Assembly: GCA_050250855.1 (NCBI GenBank)
Contig: JBFWNW010000001.1
Coordinates: 128,001 to 192,000, forward strand
Origin: Candidatus Babeliales bacterium
GTDB taxonomy: Bacteria > Babelota > Babeliae > Babelales > JACPOV01
Reading direction: 5' to 3'
Length of the DNA: 64,000 nucleotides
A program made the position numbers and the translations under genes. Below, piece after piece: positions 24,125 through 32,537 of the stretch (position 1 is its first letter; each line of letters opens with the position of its first letter). The notes under the pieces were generated by a model. That model was not told where the DNA came from. It ran no database searches and saw only the letters and a list, made by a program, of their open reading frames with translations.

Positions 24125-27100
24125 ATGCAAGAAAAATGGTTAATAAAACTAAGTTTATTGATACTTTTTGTTCCCGTGATATCTTTTCATGCTGAGCAAC
24201 CTAAAAATCATATGATTTCTTTATATGATTTAGAAGTTGAAGCTGTTTTATCGCCATTGATGGCAGAATATGCTGAATTGCTTCCAATAACATATGCATA
24301 TTATAAAAATAGTGCGCAAGGGCAAACTTCTTTTTCTTCAGAAGAACTTTCTAATGTAATCTCAGAACTCTCCGATTTTATAGAAACCTATTCAACAAGA
24401 TCAGGTAGTTTGCATGGTGATCGTGGTTCACGCCCTGATGCGCCGCCATTAATAGCAAATGATGCGGTTGTTGGTAAGAGTTGTTGCGATTTAACGCAAG
24501 TTATAGCACTCCTTGGCGCATTAAAAAAACTACTTATTAAGATAGAGTTTGAGTTGTGTGAAAAGTTTGAGTTTACTTGGTCGATACTCGACAAAATAGA
24601 TATTGATATTAACGGTATATTTACCGCAATAGATGCAATACAATGTCCAACGGTTGACTTGTCTGGCATATTTACGGCCCTTGAATTTGGATTCTATGAT
24701 ACGCAGACAATATTGTGTGAAAAGTTTGAATTCACTTGGTCAGCGCTTGAGAAAATAGATATTGATGTTAACGGCATTTATACGGTGCTTGAAAATCTTA
24801 CTATAACGTTGAGTGTAGGTGAATTAACAATCAATGCAACAATAGATCTCTCTGGTGTGTTTACGGCACTTGAGTTTGGCTTCTATGATACACAAACAAT
24901 CTTGTGTGAAAAGTTTGAGTTTACTTGGTCGGCACTTGAGAAGATAGATATTGATGTTAACGGTATATTTACCGCATTGAACGATATTACGATTAATGCG
25001 ACCGTTGATGTAGATCTCTCTGGTGTGTTTACGGCACTTGAATTTGGCTTCTATGATACGCAAACAATACTGTGTGAAAAGTTTGAGTTTACTTGGTCGG
25101 CACTGGAGAAAATAGATATTGATATTAACGGGATATTTACCGCATTGAACGATATTACGATTAATGCAACCGTTGATGTAGATCTCTCTGGTGTGTTTAC
25201 GGCACTTGAGTTTGGCTTCTATGATACGCAAACAATACTGTGTGAAAAGTTTGAGTTTACTTGGTCGGCACTTGAGAAAATAGATATTGATGTTAATGGT
25301 ATATTTACCGCATTGAATGATATTACGATCAATGCGACCGTTGATGTAGATCTCTCTGGTGTATTTACTGCCCTAGAGTTCGGCTTCTATGATACGCAAA
25401 CAATACTGTGTGAAAAGTTTGAGTTTACTTGGTCGGCACTTGAGAAAATAGATATTGATGTTAATGGTATATTTACCGCATTGAATGATATTACGATCAA
25501 TGCGACCGTTGATGTAGATCTCTCTGGTGTGTTTACGGCACTTGAGTTTGGTTTCTATGATACACAAACAATACTGTGCGAAAAGTTTGAGTTTACTTGG
25601 TCGATACTCGACAAAATAGATATTGATGTTAATGGTATATTTACCGCAATAGACGCAATACAATGCCCAACGGTTGACTTGTCTGGCATATTTACCGCAC
25701 TTGAATTTGGCTTTTATGATACGCAAACAATTATCTGTGAAAAATTTGAATTCACTTGGTCAGCGCTTGAGAAAATAGATATTGATATTAACGGGATATT
25801 TACTGCATTGAACGATATTACGATTAATGCGAGCGTTGATGTAGATCTCTCTGGTGTATTTACTGCCCTAGAGTTCGGTTTCTATGATACACAAACAATC
25901 TTGTGTGAAAAGTTTGAGTTTACTTGGTCGGCACTTGAGAAAATAGATATTGATATTAACGGTATATTTACCGCAATAGATGCAATACAATGTCCAACGG
26001 TTGACTTGTCTGGCATATTTACGGCACTTGAGTTTGGTTTCTATGATACACAAACAATCTTGTGTGAAAAGTTTGAGTTTACTTGGTCGGCACTTGAGAA
26101 GATAGATATTGATATTAACGGTATATTTACCGCATTGAACGATATTACGATTAATGCGACCGTTGATGTAGATCTCTCTGGTGTGTTTACGGCCCTAGAG
26201 TTCGGCTTCTATGATACGCAAACAATACTGTGTGAAAAGTTTGAGTTTACTTGGTCGGCACTTGAGAAAATAGATATTGATGTTAATGGTATATTTACCG
26301 CATTGAATGATATTACGATCAATGCGACCGTTGATGTAGATCTCTCTGGTGTATTTACGGCCCTAGAGTTCGGCTTCTATGATACGCAAACAATACTGTG
26401 TGAAAAGTTTGAGTTTACTTGGTCGGCACTTGAGAAGATAGATATTGATATTAATGGTATATTTACCGCAATAGACGCAATACAATGCCCAACGGTTGAC
26501 TTGTCTGGCATATTTACCGCACTTGAATTTGGCTTTTATGATACGCAAACAATTATCTGTGAAAAATTTGAACAAACGTGGACTATTCTTAATGCACTAT
26601 GTAACGGTATTGAAGGGTTGCAAGCATCAATTGATGATCTATGTTGTGAAATCTTTGATGACTTTGAGCAGACGATGACTCTTCTCGTAGAAATTAAAGA
26701 CGATATCTTTGAGACGCAAACAATTCTATGTAGTAAGTTTGAGCAAACGTGGACTATTTTAGACGCAGTGTGCAATAAATTTGAGCAAACATGGACAATA
26801 CTTGCGTGCAATGTTTCAGTTCCAATTTCTGCAGCAACAACAATTAGTAATCCAGGAACGTATTGTTTGATTAATGATATTGTGGGTACTATTACCATTG
26901 CTGCTGATAGTGTAACGCTTGATTTAAATGGAAAATCGATATCTGGAGGAGCAAATGGTGTTTACTCAAGTAATCATACTGATATAACAATAAAAAATGG
27001 TCTTATTAAAAATGCTACTGAAAATGGCATTAAGTTTACCAATGTAACTGATATCTCGATATTTTCTATTAAGCTTAGAAATAATACAAAAGGCATAGCA

Positions 27101-28693
27101 CTAAATTCTGTTAAAGGTGGCTTTATTACAGAGAGTATTATGCTAGAAAATGCTACAGGCCTTGAACTGGTGCAAACATCAAAAGTTTTTGTAAAAAATT
27201 GCATAGCACAAGAAAATACGATTGTTGGTTTTTCATTAGTAGATTCAGATAATAATACGTTTAAAGAATGTACTGCAATGTGCAATGGTCTAAGTGGTAA
27301 TGATAGTGCCTATGGATTTATTTCAGATAACGGGCGTTCGAATATTTTTGAGCAGTGCAATGCGCAGGGAACAATCACAACGCAAACTACATTAGATTTC
27401 GTTGCTGCTGGTTTTGCCCTGACCGGTTCAGAAATGTGTACTAAAATTATCAGTTGTGAAAGTTTTGATAATACCACCCCTACGACCGGATTTGCAATTC
27501 CATATGGTATTTTATTAACCTATACATTCACAGTCACAGATCTGATAGTAACAGATTCAGTAACAGTAATTCCTGCAGCTACTGTTGCATCAGTTAACTG
27601 GTCACCAAATGGTAAGTTCCTAGCTATAGGAAGTTTTGGTTCCCCACAAACTCGTATCTATGCGTTTGATGGCATTAATTTGATGCAAGTTGCTACTGCG
27701 GTGCATGGAATTCTTATTCGCTCCGTTAACTGGTCACCGGATAGTAAATACCTAGCCATTGGAGGGGGTTTTAGTGGTGGTGTTCAAGTTCGCGTCTATG
27801 CTTTTAGCGGTGTGAGTTTGACGCAAGTTGCTTCTGCAGCACCAGCACTAGTAGGTTCTATTGCATCAGTTAACTGGTCACCGGATGGTAAATACCTAGC
27901 CGTTGGAGGGACTATGAGTGACATTTTCGTCTATGCCTTTGATGGGGTAAGTTTGACGCAAGTTGCTTCTGAAGCACCTGGAGCTATTGTAAACTCAGTT
28001 AACTGGTCACCTGATGGTAAATACCTAGCCATTGGAAGGAGTAGTGGTGAGATTCTCGTCTATGCCTTTGATGGGGTAAATTTGACGCAAGTTGCTACTG
28101 AAACACTTGCAGGTAGTGTAAACTCAGTTAACTGGTCACCGAATTGTAAGTTCTTAGCTACTGGACTTGATAGTGGTCCTGAGCTTCGCGTCTATGCTTT
28201 TAGCGGTGTAAGTTTGACGCAAGTTGCTACAGGACCTGTAGGAACTCCCGTTTTATCAGTTGATTGGTCACCCGATGGTAAATTCCTAATTACTGGAGGC
28301 TCTGCAGTTCGTGTCTATGCCTTTAATGGATTGGTCCTGACGCAAGTTGCTACTGCAGCAGTACCTATGGGAATGACTGTTTTCTCAGTTGATTGGTCAC
28401 CAGACGGTAGTTATATTGGCTTAGGAAAAGATGGTTCTCCAGAGGTTATTGTTTATAATGCTTTTGCATGGGAGCCGACGAGAAATATTATCAAAAATAA
28501 CCTTCTCTATTGCAATGTTGGCAATGAGTGTCCCGGTGGTGTTGGTATTTCTGGTTCGAGCCTTAAAAATTTAATTATTGGCAATACTGCCTATGAAAAT
28601 ACAGCAAACTATGAATTTGTGACGAATGTATATAAAGATGGTATTAATAATAGCCCAAGTACCTTAGAAAATGTTTCCGTTCCGCCATATTAG
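24125..28693 (+). CDS. Secreted protein 5: tandem-repeat stalk plus beta-helix with inserted WD40 beta-propeller
   Basis: Signal peptide (SFHA); 12 tandem 53-63 aa repeats; PGTYCL..VTLDLNG cap; seven V[ND]WSP[DN] blades. Confidence 0.9.
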   Translation: MQEKWLIKLSLLILFVPVISFHAEQPKNHMISLYDLEVEAVLSPLMAEYAELLPITYAYYKNSAQGQTSFSSEELSNVISELSDFIETYSTRSGSLHGDRGSRPDAPPLIANDAVVGKSCCDLTQVIALLGALKKLLIKIEFELCEKFEFTWSILDKIDIDINGIFTAIDAIQCPTVDLSGIFTALEFGFYDTQTILCEKFEFTWSALEKIDIDVNGIYTVLENLTITLSVGELTINATIDLSGVFTALEFGFYDTQTILCEKFEFTWSALEKIDIDVNGIFTALNDITINATVDVDLSGVFTALEFGFYDTQTILCEKFEFTWSALEKIDIDINGIFTALNDITINATVDVDLSGVFTALEFGFYDTQTILCEKFEFTWSALEKIDIDVNGIFTALNDITINATVDVDLSGVFTALEFGFYDTQTILCEKFEFTWSALEKIDIDVNGIFTALNDITINATVDVDLSGVFTALEFGFYDTQTILCEKFEFTWSILDKIDIDVNGIFTAIDAIQCPTVDLSGIFTALEFGFYDTQTIICEKFEFTWSALEKIDIDINGIFTALNDITINASVDVDLSGVFTALEFGFYDTQTILCEKFEFTWSALEKIDIDINGIFTAIDAIQCPTVDLSGIFTALEFGFYDTQTILCEKFEFTWSALEKIDIDINGIFTALNDITINATVDVDLSGVFTALEFGFYDTQTILCEKFEFTWSALEKIDIDVNGIFTALNDITINATVDVDLSGVFTALEFGFYDTQTILCEKFEFTWSALEKIDIDINGIFTAIDAIQCPTVDLSGIFTALEFGFYDTQTIICEKFEQTWTILNALCNGIEGLQASIDDLCCEIFDDFEQTMTLLVEIKDDIFETQTILCSKFEQTWTILDAVCNKFEQTWTILACNVSVPISAATTISNPGTYCLINDIVGTITIAADSVTLDLNGKSISGGANGVYSSNHTDITIKNGLIKNATENGIKFTNVTDISIFSIKLRNNTKGIALNSVKGGFITESIMLENATGLELVQTSKVFVKNCIAQENTIVGFSLVDSDNNTFKECTAMCNGLSGNDSAYGFISDNGRSNIFEQCNAQGTITTQTTLDFVAAGFALTGSEMCTKIISCESFDNTTPTTGFAIPYGILLTYTFTVTDLIVTDSVTVIPAATVASVNWSPNGKFLAIGSFGSPQTRIYAFDGINLMQVATAVHGILIRSVNWSPDSKYLAIGGGFSGGVQVRVYAFSGVSLTQVASAAPALVGSIASVNWSPDGKYLAVGGTMSDIFVYAFDGVSLTQVASEAPGAIVNSVNWSPDGKYLAIGRSSGEILVYAFDGVNLTQVATETLAGSVNSVNWSPNCKFLATGLDSGPELRVYAFSGVSLTQVATGPVGTPVLSVDWSPDGKFLITGGSAVRVYAFNGLVLTQVATAAVPMGMTVFSVDWSPDGSYIGLGKDGSPEVIVYNAFAWEPTRNIIKNNLLYCNVGNECPGGVGISGSSLKNLIIGNTAYENTANYEFVTNVYKDGINNSPSTLENVSVPPY
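24554..26554 (+). repeat. Coding tandem repeat array, 12 units (159/168/189 bp)
   Basis: Cys codons of CEKF at 24557, 24716, 24905, 25073, 25241, 25409, 25577, 25736, 25904, 26063, 26231, 26399 and 26558. Confidence 0.95.
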
Positions 28694-28757
28694 GTGATAT
28701 TATGAAAGTAAGTTAACTTACTTTTGTTATTTTTCTCAATGATGAAAGCTTTTGTTC

Positions 28758-29801
28758 ATGAAGAATTTAATTCTTTGTTTAGTATTGTTTCGTAACCTTT
28801 TAGGAAATGTTGACTATTTAGAAGTACCTTCATTAAAAGATACCAATATTTTAGCATATAAAGCGGGTGTTCGTCCCTATAGGAAAACAGGAATTCGCTT
28901 AGAGGCAGAGTGGTATAATAAAAAATTGCTTATTCATAATTATGGCCATGGTGGCGCAGGGCTTACACTTTCATGGGGTAGCGCGCAAGAGGTTTTTAAT
29001 ATATTAAACCAAGAGATTAATGCGCATAAAGAGTTAGATAAAGAAAAAACAATAGCAATTATCGGTGGTGGCATTGTAGGTCTTTGTGTTGCTGATATAT
29101 TACTTGAGCATGGTTATAGCGTAAAAATGTATGCAGAAAAAAAATATCATGAGACTACATCTAATGTAGCAGCAGGATTTTTTGGTGCATTTTCAGTTGC
29201 AATAGCAGATGATGAAGATAAAAAACAGCAATTTGATCGAATACTTAAATGGTCAGAAAAAAAATTGCTAGAGCTCTATGAATCTGAAGATCAATGTATC
29301 AAGGGTATTACTTATACAGATTTTTATATTTTTAATACTGAAAATGAGCAAGATACTGTACATTTTAGTAATGGTATGGAAGCTACCTGTCGTAAAAAAA
29401 ATAAATTTATTATGAAAGGCCCCCTTTACCTTGAAAGTATTTTTAACAAGGTTGCAGCGCATGGAGCTCAAATAATAGAAAAACGATTTGATACTCTTAA
29501 TGACATTTTAGGATTACCAGAATCAATTATTATCAATTGCACAGGAATGGGAGCTAAGATTCTTTTTAATGATCCAGATCTTATTGGTATTAAAGGACAC
29601 CTTGTTCATATAGAAAAAAATAATTTTGATGTTCTTATTGGAAATGATGGAACTGATTCATTCTTCATTATGCCGTGGGAAGATAGACTTGTTTTAGGAA
29701 GTAGATTTGTCCAGGAATATGATAATGATAGTTGTGAAATTGACATAGAACAATGTTGTAAAGTTTTGGAATTAGCCAGAAAATTTTTTAATACAAAATA
29801 A
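28758..29801 (+). CDS. D-amino-acid-oxidase-like FAD oxidoreductase, circularly permuted
   Basis: GVRPYR and HNYGHGGAGLTLSWGSA precede the IAIIGGGIVG Rossmann motif; TTSNVAAG, IINCTGMGA, KGHLV. Confidence 0.85.
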   Translation: MKNLILCLVLFRNLLGNVDYLEVPSLKDTNILAYKAGVRPYRKTGIRLEAEWYNKKLLIHNYGHGGAGLTLSWGSAQEVFNILNQEINAHKELDKEKTIAIIGGGIVGLCVADILLEHGYSVKMYAEKKYHETTSNVAAGFFGAFSVAIADDEDKKQQFDRILKWSEKKLLELYESEDQCIKGITYTDFYIFNTENEQDTVHFSNGMEATCRKKNKFIMKGPLYLESIFNKVAAHGAQIIEKRFDTLNDILGLPESIIINCTGMGAKILFNDPDLIGIKGHLVHIEKNNFDVLIGNDGTDSFFIMPWEDRLVLGSRFVQEYDNDSCEIDIEQCCKVLELARKFFNTK

Positions 29802-29892
29802 TTAAAAAAATATCGCTTGAATTTCTATGCGATTATATTAGAACCCGAATAGGTTGTGTAGAAAGAACTATCAAAAAAAGAAAGGACCTATT

Positions 29893-29970
29893 ATGAAAAA
29901 ATTTTATACAAAAGATGCTATGTGCCCAAAATGCAAAAAGAAAAAAGAAGCATGCAAATGCCGAAAATAA
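29893..29970 (+). CDS. Putative 25-aa Cys/Lys-rich microprotein MKKFYTKDAMCPKCKKKKEACKCRK
   Basis: AAAGGA RBS upstream of ATG, CxxC-x6-CxC pattern, TAA stop; below the ORF-track length cutoff. Confidence 0.6.
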   Translation: MKKFYTKDAMCPKCKKKKEACKCRK

Positions 29971-30003
29971 TTTTTGTATACTAGCAGATTTTTCAGGCGG
30001 ATG

Positions 30004-30852
30004 TTAATCATCCGCCATTTTTTTTGCTTGGATAATTGCATAAGGACAAAGATAGTTAATAGAACCATTTTCATTTTCTGGATATAGTTTTAGATATTCA
30101 TCAATTACGGTATCTAAAAATTCATTATGTAAACTTTCATTAAGTATTTCAATGCCGATCGGCAAAGCTTGCAAGTGCTTTTTGAACTGAGCACAAGAAG
30201 AGAAAATATTAAATTTTTTTATACATTGATAAGTAATCTCTGAGCAACCTAACTTGGCAAGTTCTTTTTTGCATTGTTTAGGGTTTATCAAATGCAGCGG
30301 AAAAGCATACTGTTTAAAATGGTCTGACCATCTTGATGATAGCAATGCGGCTTTATAGGCAGTTACTATAGGTTGTTCATCATCAATAGTGGCGATAAAA
30401 AGAAGAGAGCCTCCTGGTTTTAATGCTCTTACTATCTGCGCTAAAGCTGTTTTTATATCTTGTATCCAGTGAAGGCAAAAAAATGATGTTACATAATCAA
30501 ATTCATCTTGAAAGGCAAGATCAGTCGCATCATGCTGCATAAATGATACGTTGGGAATATGAGCATAATGTTCTTGAGCAAACTTAATCATACTCGATGA
30601 AATATCAATACCAATGACAGATCCATACGGTACTTTTTCTGCAAGTAAGGTAGAAATTTTTCCAGCTCCACAGCCAATATCAAGAATTTTTTTATCAGGA
30701 GCAAATTCATATTCGGCTACTATCTTTTGAGCAATGCCATTTTGGCGTTGTGCGTCTCTGTTATAGCGTTGCGCGTGCCACGGTAGTGAATTTTCAGCAC
30801 TGCATGCTGATGATAAAAATAAAGAGCATATAAGATAGAATAATAATACCAT
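30004..30852 (-). CDS. Class I SAM-dependent methyltransferase (Tam-like) with predicted signal peptide
   Basis: ILDIGCGAG, GIDISSSMI, FDYVTSFFCLHW, LKPGG. Confidence 0.9.
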   Translation of the reverse strand: MVLLFYLICSLFLSSACSAENSLPWHAQRYNRDAQRQNGIAQKIVAEYEFAPDKKILDIGCGAGKISTLLAEKVPYGSVIGIDISSSMIKFAQEHYAHIPNVSFMQHDATDLAFQDEFDYVTSFFCLHWIQDIKTALAQIVRALKPGGSLLFIATIDDEQPIVTAYKAALLSSRWSDHFKQYAFPLHLINPKQCKKELAKLGCSEITYQCIKKFNIFSSCAQFKKHLQALPIGIEILNESLHNEFLDTVIDEYLKLYPENENGSINYLCPYAIIQAKKMADD

Positions 30853-31012
30853 AGTTTTTTGCCCCTTTCTTTAAACATTGATTCTAAATTATACCGTAAA
30901 AAAAGTAAGAGCATGAGGTCAACAATTAAAGATAAACTATTGACGGTGATCAGGTACTTTTTTTAAAGTATGGAAAGGTTAAAAAGCATTAAGAAATTTA
31001 TGAAGGGTTGCG

Positions 31013-31345
31013 ATGAATATTTATGATAATGCACGAGATCTATTTTTAGGATTAGTATGTGCTTTATTAATACCATTAACCGTTATCTATGGCTTGGAAT
31101 TTTTAGGGATATATCAAGATTATATGTATTTTTATTATTCCTTAGCAGCAGGGATTTTATTCATAATACTAGGTGCTTTTTTAAAATTAGGATTTATAGG
31201 TAGTGGATTCATTTTAGGCGGTGTACTTACTATTGTTTTATCAATGGGGCCCAGAAGTGCTATGTCAGGAGTAAAAATTGCTTCACTTTTAGGTGTTTTT
31301 CTTTTGATTATTGGTCTTACTGTTTTTTTAAAAAGAAAAAGTTAA
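31013..31345 (+). CDS. Small 4-TM membrane protein, paralogue A
   Basis: Hydrophobic; shares LAAGILFIILGAFLKLGFIG and FLKRKS with the next gene. Confidence 0.8.
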   Translation: MNIYDNARDLFLGLVCALLIPLTVIYGLEFLGIYQDYMYFYYSLAAGILFIILGAFLKLGFIGSGFILGGVLTIVLSMGPRSAMSGVKIASLLGVFLLIIGLTVFLKRKS

Positions 31346-31368
31346 ATTTTTATGAAAGGAGAATTGCT

Positions 31369-31710
31369 ATGACGCTTTATGATAACGTACGTGATCTATT
31401 TTTAGGATTTGCGTTTGCTTTACTAATACCGTTTACTTTTTTTTATGGCATGCATTATGCAGGGTATGATTGTTCAACGGATTTTGCTTTCTATATAATT
31501 CTTGCAGCAGGGATTTTATTTATAATCCTGGGTGCTTTTTTAAAGTTAGGATTTATAGGTGGCGGGAGCATTTTAGGGGGTGTATTTACGATTGTTTATG
31601 GCTATTTGTGCGTGTGGCATAAAATAACAGTGGGAATCAAGTTTGCAACACTTTTAGGAGCATTGGGTGTGATTATTGCTCTTGCACTTTTTTTAAAAAG
31701 AAAAAGTTAG
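31369..31710 (+). CDS. Small 4-TM membrane protein, paralogue B
   Basis: Tandem paralogue of 31013-31345; AAAGGAG RBS. Confidence 0.8.
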   Translation: MTLYDNVRDLFLGFAFALLIPFTFFYGMHYAGYDCSTDFAFYIILAAGILFIILGAFLKLGFIGGGSILGGVFTIVYGYLCVWHKITVGIKFATLLGALGVIIALALFLKRKS

Positions 31711-31729
31711 ATTAAAAAAAGGGTAATAA

Positions 31730-32536
31730 ATGAAAGCAATTTGGAAAGGCTCTTTGCTTATTGGTAAGCTTGAAATTCCTGTAAAATTATATGCAGCTGT
31801 AGAAGCTCATAGTCTTGGTTTTCGTTTAGTGCATGCAAAATGCCATACGCCACTTAATTATCAGCGTATTTGCCCAAAATGCAAAAAAAAGATTGCTTGG
31901 AATGATGTTGATAAAGCTATGGAACTTGCTGATGGTTCATTTTTTATTATTACACCAGAAAAGTTAGAAACATTAAAGCCAGAATCGCTTGATGAAATAA
32001 CTATTAAAGAGTTTGTAGAGCCTTCTCTTATTGCACCTATTTATTATAATGCTCATTATTATCTTGCCCCCACAAAAGTAACGGAAAAAGCATATTTTTT
32101 ATTAGTAGAAACTATGCAAGAGCTTAATAAAACTGCGATTGCTACCTTTGTTATGAAAGAAAAAGATCATGTATGTGCTATAAGTGCATACCAGCATGCA
32201 TTATTATTAAGTACTTTAAATTATAGTTATGAAATTAGACCGATTGAGCGTGTTGAAGAACTTTCGGTTAAAGTTGCAGCGCGTGTGAGCAAAAAAGAGG
32301 AAGAGCTTGCAGAAAAATTAGTCAAAAAAATGAGCAGCAAAAAGTTTGATATTTCAGCATTTCATGATACCTTTGCAGAAAAATTGCGTGAGCAAATTAA
32401 ACGTTCTGCTGCAGGCAAAAAATTATTAAAAGTGCGTGCGCAAAAAGCAGTTAAAGAGCATGGCGTCTCGTTGCTTGAATCATTAGAGGAAAGTGTAGCA
32501 GAGAAAAAACCAGCTCGAGCAAAATCACGCCGCTAG
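31730..32536 (+). CDS. ku: Ku (NHEJ DNA end-binding) protein
   Basis: MKAIWKG..IPVKLYAA N-terminus, EFV..I.PIYY...YYLAP, basic C-terminal tail. Confidence 0.92.
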   Translation: MKAIWKGSLLIGKLEIPVKLYAAVEAHSLGFRLVHAKCHTPLNYQRICPKCKKKIAWNDVDKAMELADGSFFIITPEKLETLKPESLDEITIKEFVEPSLIAPIYYNAHYYLAPTKVTEKAYFLLVETMQELNKTAIATFVMKEKDHVCAISAYQHALLLSTLNYSYEIRPIERVEELSVKVAARVSKKEEELAEKLVKKMSSKKFDISAFHDTFAEKLREQIKRSAAGKKLLKVRAQKAVKEHGVSLLESLEESVAEKKPARAKSRR

Positions 32537-32537
32537 T

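Noticed and set aside
24554..26554. Possible CRISPR array or diversity-generating retroelement repeats
   Set aside because: Units are 159-189 bp, in frame, with no unique spacers. Variation is mostly synonymous and not adenine-specific, and no cas or reverse transcriptase gene is present.
14680..27285. Antisense and alternate-frame ORFs within the beta-helix genes
   Set aside because: They have no motifs or RBS and are explained by the codon bias and repeats of the sense genes.
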